The position numbers and the translations under genes were made by a program. 64,000 nt of DNA from Pavona decussata (taxonomy: Eukaryota), in the NCBI GenBank assembly GCA_977016875.1, contig CDRNST010000056.1, forward strand, positions 1,178,001 through 1,242,000, written 5' to 3'. The first letter of the stretch is position 1, and each line of letters begins with the position of its first letter. Shown here one piece after another: positions 47,071 through 59,399 of the stretch. The notes under the pieces were generated by a model. That model worked only from the letters and a program-made list of their open reading frames with translations. It did not search any database and was not told where the DNA came from.

Positions 47071-47308
47071 GATACGAATGAATGAATGAAATGGTATATC
47101 ATGAATGTTTTTAGGACGCTCAATTGAAAAGCATTCTAGCGCTGTTCAATACTATAGCTCGGTTAAAAAAAAAAAATGGGTGAAAGTCGGTCATCGTAAA
47201 TACATCCGGCTCCTTATCTAGTCGATCAATCGATGTCAATTATTTATTTAGTGGTACCGGGATCGATAATCACGTAACAATTTTTATCGGTGTTCTTTTC
47301 AAAGCAAT

Positions 47309-47632
47309 GTGGAGGCGCGGTGGTGTCTGTAGTGGTTAGCGCGTCAGACTTTCGATCGGACAGTCGGAGTGTCGGTGTTTCGAGGCCAGGTTGGTCTCTT
47401 TATTGCTGTGTTGTTTCCGTAGACAAGAAACTTTGCTCCACATTGTCTCTCTTTACCCAGGTGTAAACTGAGTACCGGCGACACACTGCCGGCGGTAACC
47501 CTGCGATGGGCTAGCATCCTATCCTGGGGGGTCAGTAGCAATACTCCTAGTTCCTTCATGCCACAGAAACCGGGCTAAGCTCCGGCCGTGTGGGCCACTA
47601 AGGCGCGTAGTGCGACTTTACCTACCTTTTCC
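47309..47632 (+). mobile_element. tRNA-derived SINE with TSD
   Basis: tRNA-like head, conserved body, flanked by TCAAAGCAAT at 47299-47308 and 47633-47642. Confidence 0.8.
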
Positions 47633-47988
47633 TCAAAGCAATTAGTGTTTAATTGTTGGTAACGATTTCGCTCCAATCCATATATCAATTTCCTCCAGTT
47701 CCCCTGAAACGCAGTGACCAATTTTCCAGTTAAACCTTCCTCATAGCCCATTTGTCGCCGCTGCAAAAGGCGGAATCCCCAGCAATTTCTTTGCCTCTTC
47801 ATGTCCCACATCAAACCTATGAAGCAAGACTTGCTACAAGTCGACTTCTGAAGCCAAGTTAAGTAAACTAAGTGATGGCCTGGGACAAAATTAAAACAGG
47901 AGCAAGTTACGGCAAAAAGGGATTTGAGAAGGAGGCCTCGGAGAAGGCGCATTGATATTGTAGTGCACACGCAGTGGTGTGGTTGGAC

Positions 47989-48187
47989 CAAGAGACTATG
48001 ATTATGAGAGCGAATCTCTGTGCCCCATGATAATTATTTTCAATCTTTTTTTAGTTCGCGCCATGGTATAACTGACAAATAAGATGTCGACATTAAAATA
48101 GCAACGCAAACAAAAATAGATTGAAAAAAAATTCATAGGAAGAGGGGCATGTATGGGGGATTCGCCCTCTTACCTCATAGTCTCTTG
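47989..48187. mobile_element. P-element-like MITE, 7-bp TSD GTTGGAC
   Basis: TIR CAAGAGACTATGA / TCATAGTCTCTTG; absent from the paralogous site near 29860. Confidence 0.85.
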
Positions 48188-48953
48188 GTTGGACATGAGC
48201 ATCAGCGGAAGGTCGGCGGTTCCATGATTTTGCTATCGCTTTGTTTCCTTAGACAGTCAACTAAATGCTTCTTGTTATCTCTCTTCTCCCAGATGTATAA
48301 ATGGGTACCGGCTAATGACATAATGCTGGGGTAAGCCAGTGATGGGGTACCATCTCATCCTGTTGGTGGGGGTATAATTCTAGTCACTAAATGACAAGGA
48401 AACCAAAATAAGTTTCGACCTTGTGCCACCTGTGGGTGGGGGGTGACCTACTAAAAGGCTGTTAAAAACTTACAAATTAGTTAAATTACAACTAAGAGAA
48501 ACTGAAGTCCGTTTTGTTGCTTTTATTCCACTATTTTGATCCCTATGCATTCGAATCTCAACTACACGTGTTAATTATTGCATAGCCTGCGAATAAATCC
48601 GCCTCTCAGGGCCGGGAGCGATGAACGGCGGCCGTACTCGCAAGCTAATTATTCCAGTCTTCTTAAAGAAGAAATAAAGAAGATAGTTAACTAACTAACT
48701 GTTGATTGCCGCACTACTGAAATGTGTGTATTACTTTGGACATGAGAGGGTAGGAAATAAGAGAAGGGATACCTCATTCATGCTTTCTATCCGAAAGTGC
48801 TAAGAGACGTATATATCTTTTAAGCGCTTAGAAGCTTCCTTTATGCTCACACAGTGAAGTGGCTAAAAGAGATCACTCAAAAGAATCCACAAAGGATAAA
48901 AGGATTAAGATTCATACGACCAAGCGTTTCACTGCCTGATGACAACATCTTAA

Positions 48954-49329
48954 AGGGTCACTGCCACGACGATTGTGCTGTATTTTATCAAAACTGCTGA
49001 AATATTTGACAAAGAACCGTTCTGCTAGTTAACATGAAATTGATCCTAGAGGAGCGGCAAGAAAATATTAAGTGGTATCTCCTGGAAAGAACAACTTATA
49101 ATCATGTTTAGCGACTTCTCTAAAATACACAGAAAGAACTTGAAGAATTTGGCCATTTTTTTCAAGTTGCGATCCATTTCCATCACAGCCATCCACAGCC
49201 AAACATAATTAGTTTCTGTACCAGAAGGGTTATTGTTAATAAAAATGAACCATTATGTTAATGATTACATCGATTCAAATTAGGTCTTTGACCATTCAAA
49301 GTGACACTTAAATAGGTTACATTGCCTCT
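48954..49329. mobile_element. TTAA-flanked MITE (paralogue of 30621-30996)
   Basis: Same termini and TTAA flanks. Confidence 0.7.
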
Positions 49330-49872
49330 TTAAGTCAAGGGCGTGTGGTTTTAAGCCTGTCTACGGATTCAACAATCACTCCATGAACTCGTCATCACCA
49401 TCATCATCCTTCGACCAATTTATGATGGCATCGACTTGAGTTGGGCAATCGATAAAATGGAGTCGTATATAAACGGCTAGTTTCAATGAAATAACGATTT
49501 CATAGCATACTCAACCACAATAGAAAATGGTAATGATTAACCGGAGAAAAATGAGGAAACTGGGCAAAAGAAAAAAGTACTATTTTCTTATCTTTGGGGA
49601 AAATTCGACCCCTTCAAATAAGATAGTGGCGTGTATTGCATATGAAATACGCCTCGAGTAGAGAACCAATCAGATTACTGAGCTGTGATATCCTGTGGTT
49701 AATATATTATAAAACAAAGTAATCTTGGTTGTGTTTTATTCACTGCCCAAAATTAGGTAACATTCATAGTGGTAGTTTAGTGATTCCTTAGCTCAAATAC
49801 GCTTGCACTACAGACTAGCATTTATGGGGTATTCTTTCTCTCATGCCTCATCTTCCATTGTCTTCAGGAGTT

Positions 49873-52800
49873 CTATGGAAGGATTCTATAAACAGCATTC
49901 ACATTCGGTTCTCCGACTCCAAACTGGCATTTGGACTTATCAGCCACGCCCCAGCGATCGTAATCCACCTTAGATGTTTCGCCACTCCAGCATTCTCCAT
50001 AAAACTGCACGGCAAAAAACTGAAGGAAAAAACACGACAGAATCGAAAGTGTATTTGTTCATTCAGCAGATCAATCAATATAAAGAAACCACCAAGTTTT
50101 ATTTCCAAGAATATGGCAAAATAAACAACACTATAGAGTATTTCTGTTGAACAGCTTTCATTTGCAATTGATTGGTCATGCGCAAGAGACTATGAGGTAA
50201 GAGAGCGAATCCCCCCCTCTTCCTATGAATTTTTTGTCAATTTATTTTTGTTTGCGTTGCTATTTAAGTGTCGACAGCTTATTTGTCAGTTAGAGTGACG
50301 TCATTTAATTTTAAACTCAATGGCGGATTATAATTTCCCAAAATAGCATGGCTCGAACTAAAAAAAGATTGAATCAAAATAATTATCATGGGGATTCGCT
50401 CTCTTACCTCATAGTCTCTTGTCATGCGTTAGTATTTCACCCTGACTCAGTATCTATTTTTAGTGCCAATGAACTCAGTTGTACAGGACAATAAACAGCA
50501 CTACAAATAGACCTGCTTGATAGCTTTCACGTAAAAGGTCGCATGATCAATATTATCACTCTTTAGGATTGGCTACACAGACTTATTGAAAGTCACACCC
50601 ACCACTGATGATGAGCATAATATACACCACCTTATGAAAGTACTGTTCCGTGGCTTTCATTTATTCAGGGAATTAAAAGACAGGTGAGAGTTCAATTCAT
50701 ACTCAAAGGTTCGTTTCACTGCACTGTTCAGTAGCTTTCATTTAAATGGTCGCATTTTAAGAATTCTCACGTGTAGATCGAGAATCGAAGCACCTTGTGC
50801 AGCAAAATGATGCCAGAAAAAGTACCAATTATTATCGTTTATTAATTTGAATGGTCACACTTTAGAATTTTGTATAGACAATCAAAGAGTGTGATTAGAA
50901 CCACCACCTGTAAGGCACCATGTTACACACAAATTGAAAGTGCCACTCAGTAGGTCAGATACATTTGAATGGTCACATCTTTGGAAAAACGACTTCAAGA
51001 ACATCAGAACCGCAATACACTGAAAGGTTTTGTAGTGCGACTGAGAGAGTATAGCGTGACCCTCCCCCCCAAAAAAACAAACAAACAAAAATAGTCACAC
51101 TCAAAATGGATACACGTACGCAGGGTCAGTAAGGGGAAAGTGGGGGAGGGGGGGAGGGGGGTGTGGATTCGCTGAAGCCCTGAAACCCCAAATTTTTGTC
51201 CTGGAGCATGGAGTTCGAGTTGTTTCTCTCTCTACTTGGAAACCTTACAAAAAAAAAAAAGCTGATTGTGACTAAAATGGAGCACTGGGGTAAAGTCAGG
51301 GAAGCCTTCAGCTTCAAGTTTTCTATGGCCCAAGAACCCTTCATTTTCAGCCTTGCAGATCAGTTACAAGCTTCCACATCTAGTCAGTCGGTCCGTCAGT
51401 CTGTCCATCCAGTCAGTCAGTCTAGGTAGCCCACATGTAATTGCTCATTTGTTTCCCAATTTTCCAAAAACTTAATGACAAATTCGTTCGTGTCTCACCT
51501 CATAATTCCGTTGTTTGGAAAGCAAAGCGCATTTTTGCACCGTTTTCTCCAAGTGATACCAGTCTATCTCCGGACGCAGGTTTTTCACAAAATTCGGGAA
51601 CGCTCTCTCCTTGCTGTTGTCATTAAAGCAGCCCACCTTTTCCACTGTTAAGAGTTGAGATAATACTAGTTAGTTAAACTTTCTCGCAGAATTTTCTCCT
51701 AAAGAGTGGCTGGAAAAAACCTACTGAAATTATCAACTAACTTCCCTTGTTTCTGGAAATTATGCGTGATCAATTACCACCAAGAGACATAGTCTCTTGA
51801 TTACCACTGATGATGAAAGGATTGGACCAGGAAAAAAATTCAGATGGGATGACTGATATCAAAACTTACTGCACGGTCCGTCAGTAAAGCTGATGTCATC
51901 GAGTCCCATATCGCTTCGGAAACTGACCCCTCTCACTGCTTCAATCACCACCTGGAAAGGCAATAATTTATGGTGTCTTTTCCTCTTTTCTGTGACATTA
52001 TTTGTAAAGTTTACTGTTTAATACAACCTTAAATGTGTCGGACTCTGACTTGAAAAAACAACTTGAAAAGACGTTAAAAAAAACAAAAAAAACTTAAACA
52101 AAAAGACGTTTCGGCCGAAAATCTTCGGCCTTCTTTGGCTTAAAAAAGACAAAGAAGCAAACGCCTCTCTAACTGTTTTGTTTTACGAGGTGGAATGGAT
52201 TTGGAGCTCAAGAACATACGTTCACACAGTGTAGGTCATTGCTGCGGATACACAGAAGGAGCCAGCCAAGTCATCGTCAACTGTATACTGTAGCCTTGAT
52301 CGTGAGGCACTTGGGCTGAAGTGAAATCTATTAAGTACGTCGTCTCACCTGATAACTTAAGCTACTTGCGAGGAACACCTTTGCTTGGAACCATTTATCT
52401 CCTTTTTCGCCAGACTTGGACCAGACTAGGGTCGATTTATCATCCTTGTCCAAGATGTAAACATTAAGTGTTCCAGTTGATGAGCCATACATGTGGTACC
52501 AGAACGACAGGCACCGGCCAGCGGTTGCTGGAAATTGAGCGCTAAGTAACCTCCCCTTATCACCTTCTTGCGCGGGACTGGAAGCTTCAACGTAAAGGTA
52601 CTTCCCTAGAAGATGGAAAAAATACATTAACGGAAAATAAATTTCTCTTGATTAAGGAGAAAATGATACGAGTATAGCACTATGTTATATGAATTCGCTT
52701 TGAAAGAACGACTGTAAGATGTTTTAATTGCCGCTATTTCTGTGGCATTGTATGAACGGCTGATATCCCATGGGCGCTCATCCAATCAAAACTCAGGAAC

Positions 52801-53728
52801 TGTATTATTTAAAGATCCAGCTTTTAACAATAGGTTTTGTAAATAGTTCTTTCATATGGCGTACTGAATTTGAACTTGATTAATCTCCGCTCCTTGGCAC
52901 ACACACACACTCTCCGTAAAACAAACGCTTTGCATTACAGCCCGGTCAAGAGCCAACGTGAGAGCTGAATCAAGAATGATAATTCACCCAAATACACGGG
53001 AGAAATGACGGGAGAACTTTCAAGTGCCACGCCCTTCGAGCAGAAAGTCTCTCGAAATGAATCTCACGCAAACTAATGTACTTTGTACCTGAGCCACTCG
53101 TGTGGTCAGCGGAAGGACCAGTGCTACTACTAGGAGTCGGTCCAGACCCCAGCAACCACTGAAAGCTGGCACTGAGGGATGGGTCATTTGTCCAGTGGCA
53201 AAATCCATCGAAGTCAAAATCACAGTCATCAGCACCTGCAGCAAAGACAATACATCTATCCATGAACATGTTTGTGGAACTGGGAGATCCACGATATTTT
53301 AGTTCTGGAGCGCACAAGCTGTCACCGGGTATTTTGAGGAATGTCAATCAAAATTTGTCTTGCGAATAAACGAGCCCGTTTTCCTGCGTCAGTCAGGCGA
53401 ACGGGAAGAAAAGGTATCCCGTCCTTTTCGCTACGCTGTTAAGTAAGAAAATGTGATCATTTCTCGTTCTTCTTGTGAGGTCAGGTGAAAAATTATCTTA
53501 GTTATTTTTGCGTTGGCACTTTTAGCGTCAAATATTAGAGTATATGTCAATTTTAAAATGTAGCGAGTCGACTAAATTGCAGTGTAGCGAAACGACTTTT
53601 TAGCGAGACCACCGGTAAGCGAAAAAAAAAATAAACACCCTTCAGAATTAGCTCTAAATACACTATTTAGTACTTTTTCTCGTTCGCAAGGTCAAGTTAT
53701 TGTAAAAGTGAACGCCAATTTCAATTTA

Positions 53729-53760
<32 letters not shown>

Positions 53761-56700
53761 TCAACAACAGCAAAATCTGTATGTCAGTCAAAATAAGAGT
53801 TATTGAAATGGTGCCGCAAAGGCTGACGTTTTGGCTAGCTGTACTCGCCCTAAATGACAGTAAACCAGGACTAATGAGAAATTACTAGTTCAGGTGTTGA
53901 GAAATGTGCAGGAATCTAAGTTAGTTGTAGCTTTTATTGGTCTGTGGACACTTTCTGCCTGACAGCCTGTTGTTGTTTTTTTTTTTAACAGCAGCAGCCA
54001 ACATTTTGTTCTAGTAATTTTGTGATGCAGTGCTGTCACCCGACTTTTTTTTTTTAGCAACATACTGCCAAACACTCCTGTCTGTGATAAGATAGCGAGA
54101 TACGTTTGAGGACATTGCCATTGAAAGACATCTTCCTCGCTTCAACGTTCAGTTGTAAGCTAGTAAACATATAAAAGAATTTTGTTTTGTAAAAAGTGCT
54201 ATTAAATTAAATCGGCCGTTGGAAAGTACTACCTTGAATAACAGCTCTTTCTTGAATAACCGTATTTTCATGGATATTGCTAATTCTTGAAGGAAATTAA
54301 AAAAAATCTACTCCGAGTGTTAAGAAACACAAAACCTTTTATTTATAGTCATAACTTCTTACCCAAACCACATCTCCTAGCAGTACAAGCTTCTTGCTGT
54401 CTTTCATCCCCAGAACAGGGTTTTCCAGAATTGGCAGGTGGTGGATCATCACATTGTCGAGTTCTTATCTTAGTCCCATCACCGCATGTCGTGCTGCAGG
54501 TTGACCATGATGACCAGCGGCCCCAGTGACCATCTGTAGGTGCTGTCGGTATAAGCATAAATTGCCAAATTAAATTTCTCTTACATCATCTTGCTTTGGC
54601 ATAAATTATCGTAATTGTTACTTTAAAGCCCACCGCACACTAGCCGATTTTTTGTCGGCCGACGAAAAATCTTTACTTGTCGGCTAGTGTGCGGTGAATT
54701 CAGACAAGTCTGCGACGAGATCGGGGCTTGTCGGGCGTTATCTGACAGTGCTAGATCTCAAAACGTCTTGTCGCGCCTTGTCGGCTAGTGTGCGGTGGAC
54801 CAAGACAATTTGTCGGAGCTCGCGCGCGCCTCAACCAATTAGGAAATGTCACGAGAGTCACGTGAACAAGCGTCTTTTCCAACATGGCCGATATCGAAGC
54901 TGAGATCAGCGCGGAGATAGAGCAATGGACACCTGTAAAAGAGGACAATAAAGCGAGTATTTCTTGAAAATTTTCTTTAGATAAACGGAAGTACCACCGA
55001 AACCCAGTCAGATCTTCGTTCCCAAGTTCTTCAATTAGGTTGTTATATACACCCTGTTCATCTCGTCTGGTTATCCAGTTTTTAACTCATGTTGTTCTTG
55101 TGCTGCTCTTGCGACGCCTCTTTATCCTCCGTAGAAAAGTCGAGGTAAATAAAGCAAGTTTCAATTTTCGCCGCGTCAGTAGAATAGGCACCAACTTGAT
55201 TTTGGATGACTCTGCCCCAAGCCTTAACGCGGTTAGTCACGACAAAAAATCGGGTAGTGTGCGGCAAGCTGAAGGCCCGACAAAATTTAACCCGATTTGA
55301 CCCCGACAACAAATCTGCAGTGCTACGACAAAAAATTGGCTAGTGTGCGGCAGGCTTTAGGGTGTGTTTTGGGAGTCGATGGTGTTCCTTTAATCACTCA
55401 GCGGTGTACTTTTATATTTGCTATATTAATTTCGTAATCTTTAGAAGATGTCGAACATCTCCCTAAACTTCCTTAGTGGTTAGATTGGCAGTATAGCCAT
55501 TGTCATTCTTTCAAGTAACCTCATGCTCTAGTAAATAGGCTGTTTTCCAGTAGCTTTGAACCTCATTACGAAAGCGAGGACAAGTGCAAAGCTTTTCACG
55601 TGATAATTACTTTTGTTTATTTGCATACCAATGACAACTTATTATACCAATGACAACTTATTATCATAATAAAAACTATGTACGAAACCTCGCCTTCATT
55701 ACGAGGTTCAAAACATTTACTCGAAAATGGCCTATGAGAAATCTTTATTCGCTTACTTACCGTAACATTCCTTTGAGGGGCAAGCCAATTCTTCTGTCTG
55801 TATTCCGTAGGAGTGTCCGGGACAATCGACATCTTTATTTGAGGATTGACAATATCTCTGACGAATCTTTTTACAACTGGAACTGCAAGGCCCAAAGTCC
55901 GACCAACTGCTCCAGCCAGAAATGCCCATATCTTTACATAAAAAGACAGTATGATCAGCGACGAGTTACTGCACGTGTTGTTCGAGACTTGGGTCACGGT
56001 AGGTCATTCTGGTCGCATTCCATTTACTGGAATGTATTAGCTAGGCCATTTCCGAGTTGCTGTGAACCTCATTATGAAAGCGAGGCTAAGTGCAAATCTT
56101 CTTATGTGAAGATTAGTTTTGTTTGCATTTGAATGAAAACTAATTTTCATAATAAAAACTTTGCACCTAGCCTCGCTTTGACAATGAAGTTCAAAGCAAC
56201 TCGAAAATGGGTTTATTGAAGTCTCCAGAGAAATCTGGCCAAGTAAATCAGCATAATAACCTCACAGACGACAAGTAATACACTTTACTTTGACGGATAA
56301 ATGGCCTATTTAATTTAAAAGGAAGCCCACTCTCACAGCAAATGGAGGTCAAATTGTTTGGAACAACAGAAATATGGGACAAGTGTGCCAAAATTTGAAA
56401 GTTGCTATCGCCTATTTCCGCTTTTAAATTACAAGCATGGCGCCATTTTGGATTTTATGATGTCATACTTGTCGCTATCGTCACCAAGAAGAAATTCTTT
56501 TGTATGAAATATAAATTGGGCAGCTTTTGACGGCATCAAATCCAAAATAGCGGCGCGAAAGAAATTTGAAAGTAAAGAAAGGCGATGGTCAAATCAAAAT
56601 TTTGTCTTTCACTGAAATATTATGAGTAAGTTTTCCCCCCAGAGGCTCAGGTCATTTTTCTCTGTCGCTAAAAGCTCGAGACAAACTTAACAGACTCGGT

Positions 56701-59313
56701 CGCTTAATATTGGACTGAATAATCATGATTTACCGTTGCATTCATACAAAGAGTTTATTTCCTGTATATCCAGCTTAGTAAACCCATTCCTCTGGCCAAG
56801 TGATCTTCCAGCGTCCTTGATCGACCTTATAGTGACTTCGCCGTTTTTGGAGAAACTATCCATACCATAGTGCATGATACTATCATAGTCGTACGGAACC
56901 TTGAGTGTGTCGATCCTGCCGCGTTCGTATTTGTTGAAGTTGTGCGTCTCACCTGGAAGAAAAACGCATTTGTGATATATTTTGACTTTTTCCATGACCT
57001 GTAAAGCGTGGTTCGTAAACGAGTAATTTTTAAAGCGAGATATTACGTACTATGCGAAAATTTGGTTCGTGTGACCATGAGAAGCCGTTTCAGTAGCAGT
57101 GCGTATGCAGTTCAGTTCTTTAGATGATCTTCAAGTGCTACTACGACGAAAATTTTTTCATGTCCTTTTCTCCTCAGATTTTGAAAATAGACCTACTAAA
57201 TAGGTACCATGCCAATTTTTATCTCAAAATTCACACGAGAAGTCTGATATTTTTTTAAATTAGGTTTTCGCTGTCCGCTATTACTCGATTCGCAAATGGC
57301 CGGGAGCGAAGAAGAGGGTTGGGTCTAGCTGAAAAGCCTGGGATGTGACGTCATATGCGCAACGCTCAAAACTAACCTGGCTAATTTTCCTGTTTCGCTT
57401 CCAGAAGAACTAGAAGAAGAAGACAACGACAATGACATCTTAATTTCACTCCTTGATTGATTAACTTACTCTGACTATCAAACGCCATGAACGGATGCAC
57501 ACGAGCCAACTTTTGCGTGAAAACCGCTTATAAAATGATCACAGGCTTCTCTATTGCGAACCGAGTAATGGCGGCCAGATTTTTAGTGGTTTTGGCTGGC
57601 CATTTCCCGACCTATTTCGCTTCCGTTGTTCTAAAGACAAATGCGTTGTACTATTATGGACTGAATTGACGTTGAAAAAAGCCGGAAAGAAAAAAACAAA
57701 AATTTTCGTCCTAGTAGAACTTATAGAAAACCGCAATGAAGTCTCACTCAGTCTTCAAGCACTATTTTCTATGATGAAGCATTTAATTTACTACCCTTAA
57801 CATCAGAACTTACCCTCCTGTATATTTTCCCAAAGCACCTCTACATAAAGATTTCTATCCGGCCTTGACTGTTCGTGCCAGAAGCCGACTGCATGCATCA
57901 TCTCGTGCATAATAGTTCCTTTGTGGTTACAACCAGGTCCCAAAGAGAGCTCTTGCCCGTGGTCATACCTCCAATACTTCTTCCCTACACTAGACCAGCA
58001 CCTGAAAAAAAAAAATAAATAAAAAAAACGAGTTCATTTATCAGCAATTGTGAAATTACAGAAAGATTCAATGAAAGCAACGTTAACTTATCGTTACTGA
58101 TCAGTTCCTTGCTGTATTTTGTGTTACTATGTTACTGTGTTACGTGTCACTATTCCCTCTAGAATCCCCTCTCCTGCTCTTTGTTGTTTAATGCATCAAA
58201 GAAACATTGATATGCGGAATCCAAGTCTCATGAAACCTAAAATGAGTAATCGTCGAGGTTAGGTAAAGACCAGGGTGCATCCCTCTACTAATGCCGTAGT
58301 TTCGGGCGGGAAAGACATATGCTACAATTTGTTGCTTAAGCAATGTTACAATGGAAATGTAATGTAATGAAATGTCGGACTCTGTTATGTCTTTATAGTC
58401 TTACCACCGTATGTTAAAGAATTTCAATATAATGTCTTTACTGGTCTTAAAGTCCTAACATATCTCCGAGGAGACCTCTCAGTATAAGCCCGAGGGTTTC
58501 TTGAGGTCTCCTCGCCACTTCTTATTTCTTCCCTTACTATTATAATTCACTGTAAACTTGTGTAAGATCTTAGTCTGTTATTCATTGTAACTTTCTATGT
58601 TTGTATGTCGTGGTGAATAAAATAAATAAATAAATAAATAAAATAAATAAATAAATAAATACCGTAAGGCGCTGTTTAGTCCCCGGCACAAGGCATTTTT
58701 TCCTTAAAACGTGTGTCATAATTTTGATGCACCGTTGCAAGACAAGTTGCAAGAAGCCTTGCCTAGTGTAACATCCTGTGATATGAATATGGCTCGTGAC
58801 ACGGTAAGCGTTGCGAAAAGTAGAACCAAATTCTTCTTCGACTCGCAGTGTTTGCGGCAACCAAAAAAAAACATTAAGAGCTTGTTCTTTTCAGGGAATA
58901 AAGTCTCGTGCAACTTGTTTCGCAGCAAAATTGGAATGTCTCCTTGGTTTCATGTATTACTTACCCTGATTTGTGAACAAACAGAAGCCAGTTCTGTTGA
59001 TTGGTTCTTTCAACAAACCTCAGGCAAGTATGCTTGTGATATTCTGCAATAGCTTCTTTGACAGCGGTTTGATACGCGGCTTTAAAAAAAAAATCAAAAA
59101 GATAACAGCGCTCTTATAAATTAGGGTAGCCATTGCAAGTCTCCTCTAGTTTCGGCAAATCGTAACCCTTCTCTACATGTATAGGGTGTATGCAAAGACA
59201 CTGTGTGCGTTTCTGCTCCCAATTTTCTTTTATCATTCTGCTCAGGAATGATAAAGAAGCACTGGCGGAATTTTTGGAGGGTGCGACTAGGGAAAGAATT
59301 TGCAATTGTTATA

Positions 59314-59399
<86 letters not shown>

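Noticed and set aside
47309-47395. tRNA genes (also near 7590 and 29176)
   Set aside because: No complete cloverleaf; the heads continue into SINE bodies, one with a TSD
52105-52140. Third hammerhead-like motif on the minus strand (GGCCGAAG..TTTCGGCC-GAAAC-GTC)
   Set aside because: Core reads CCAAAGA instead of CUGANGA and stem I does not pair; at most a dead relic
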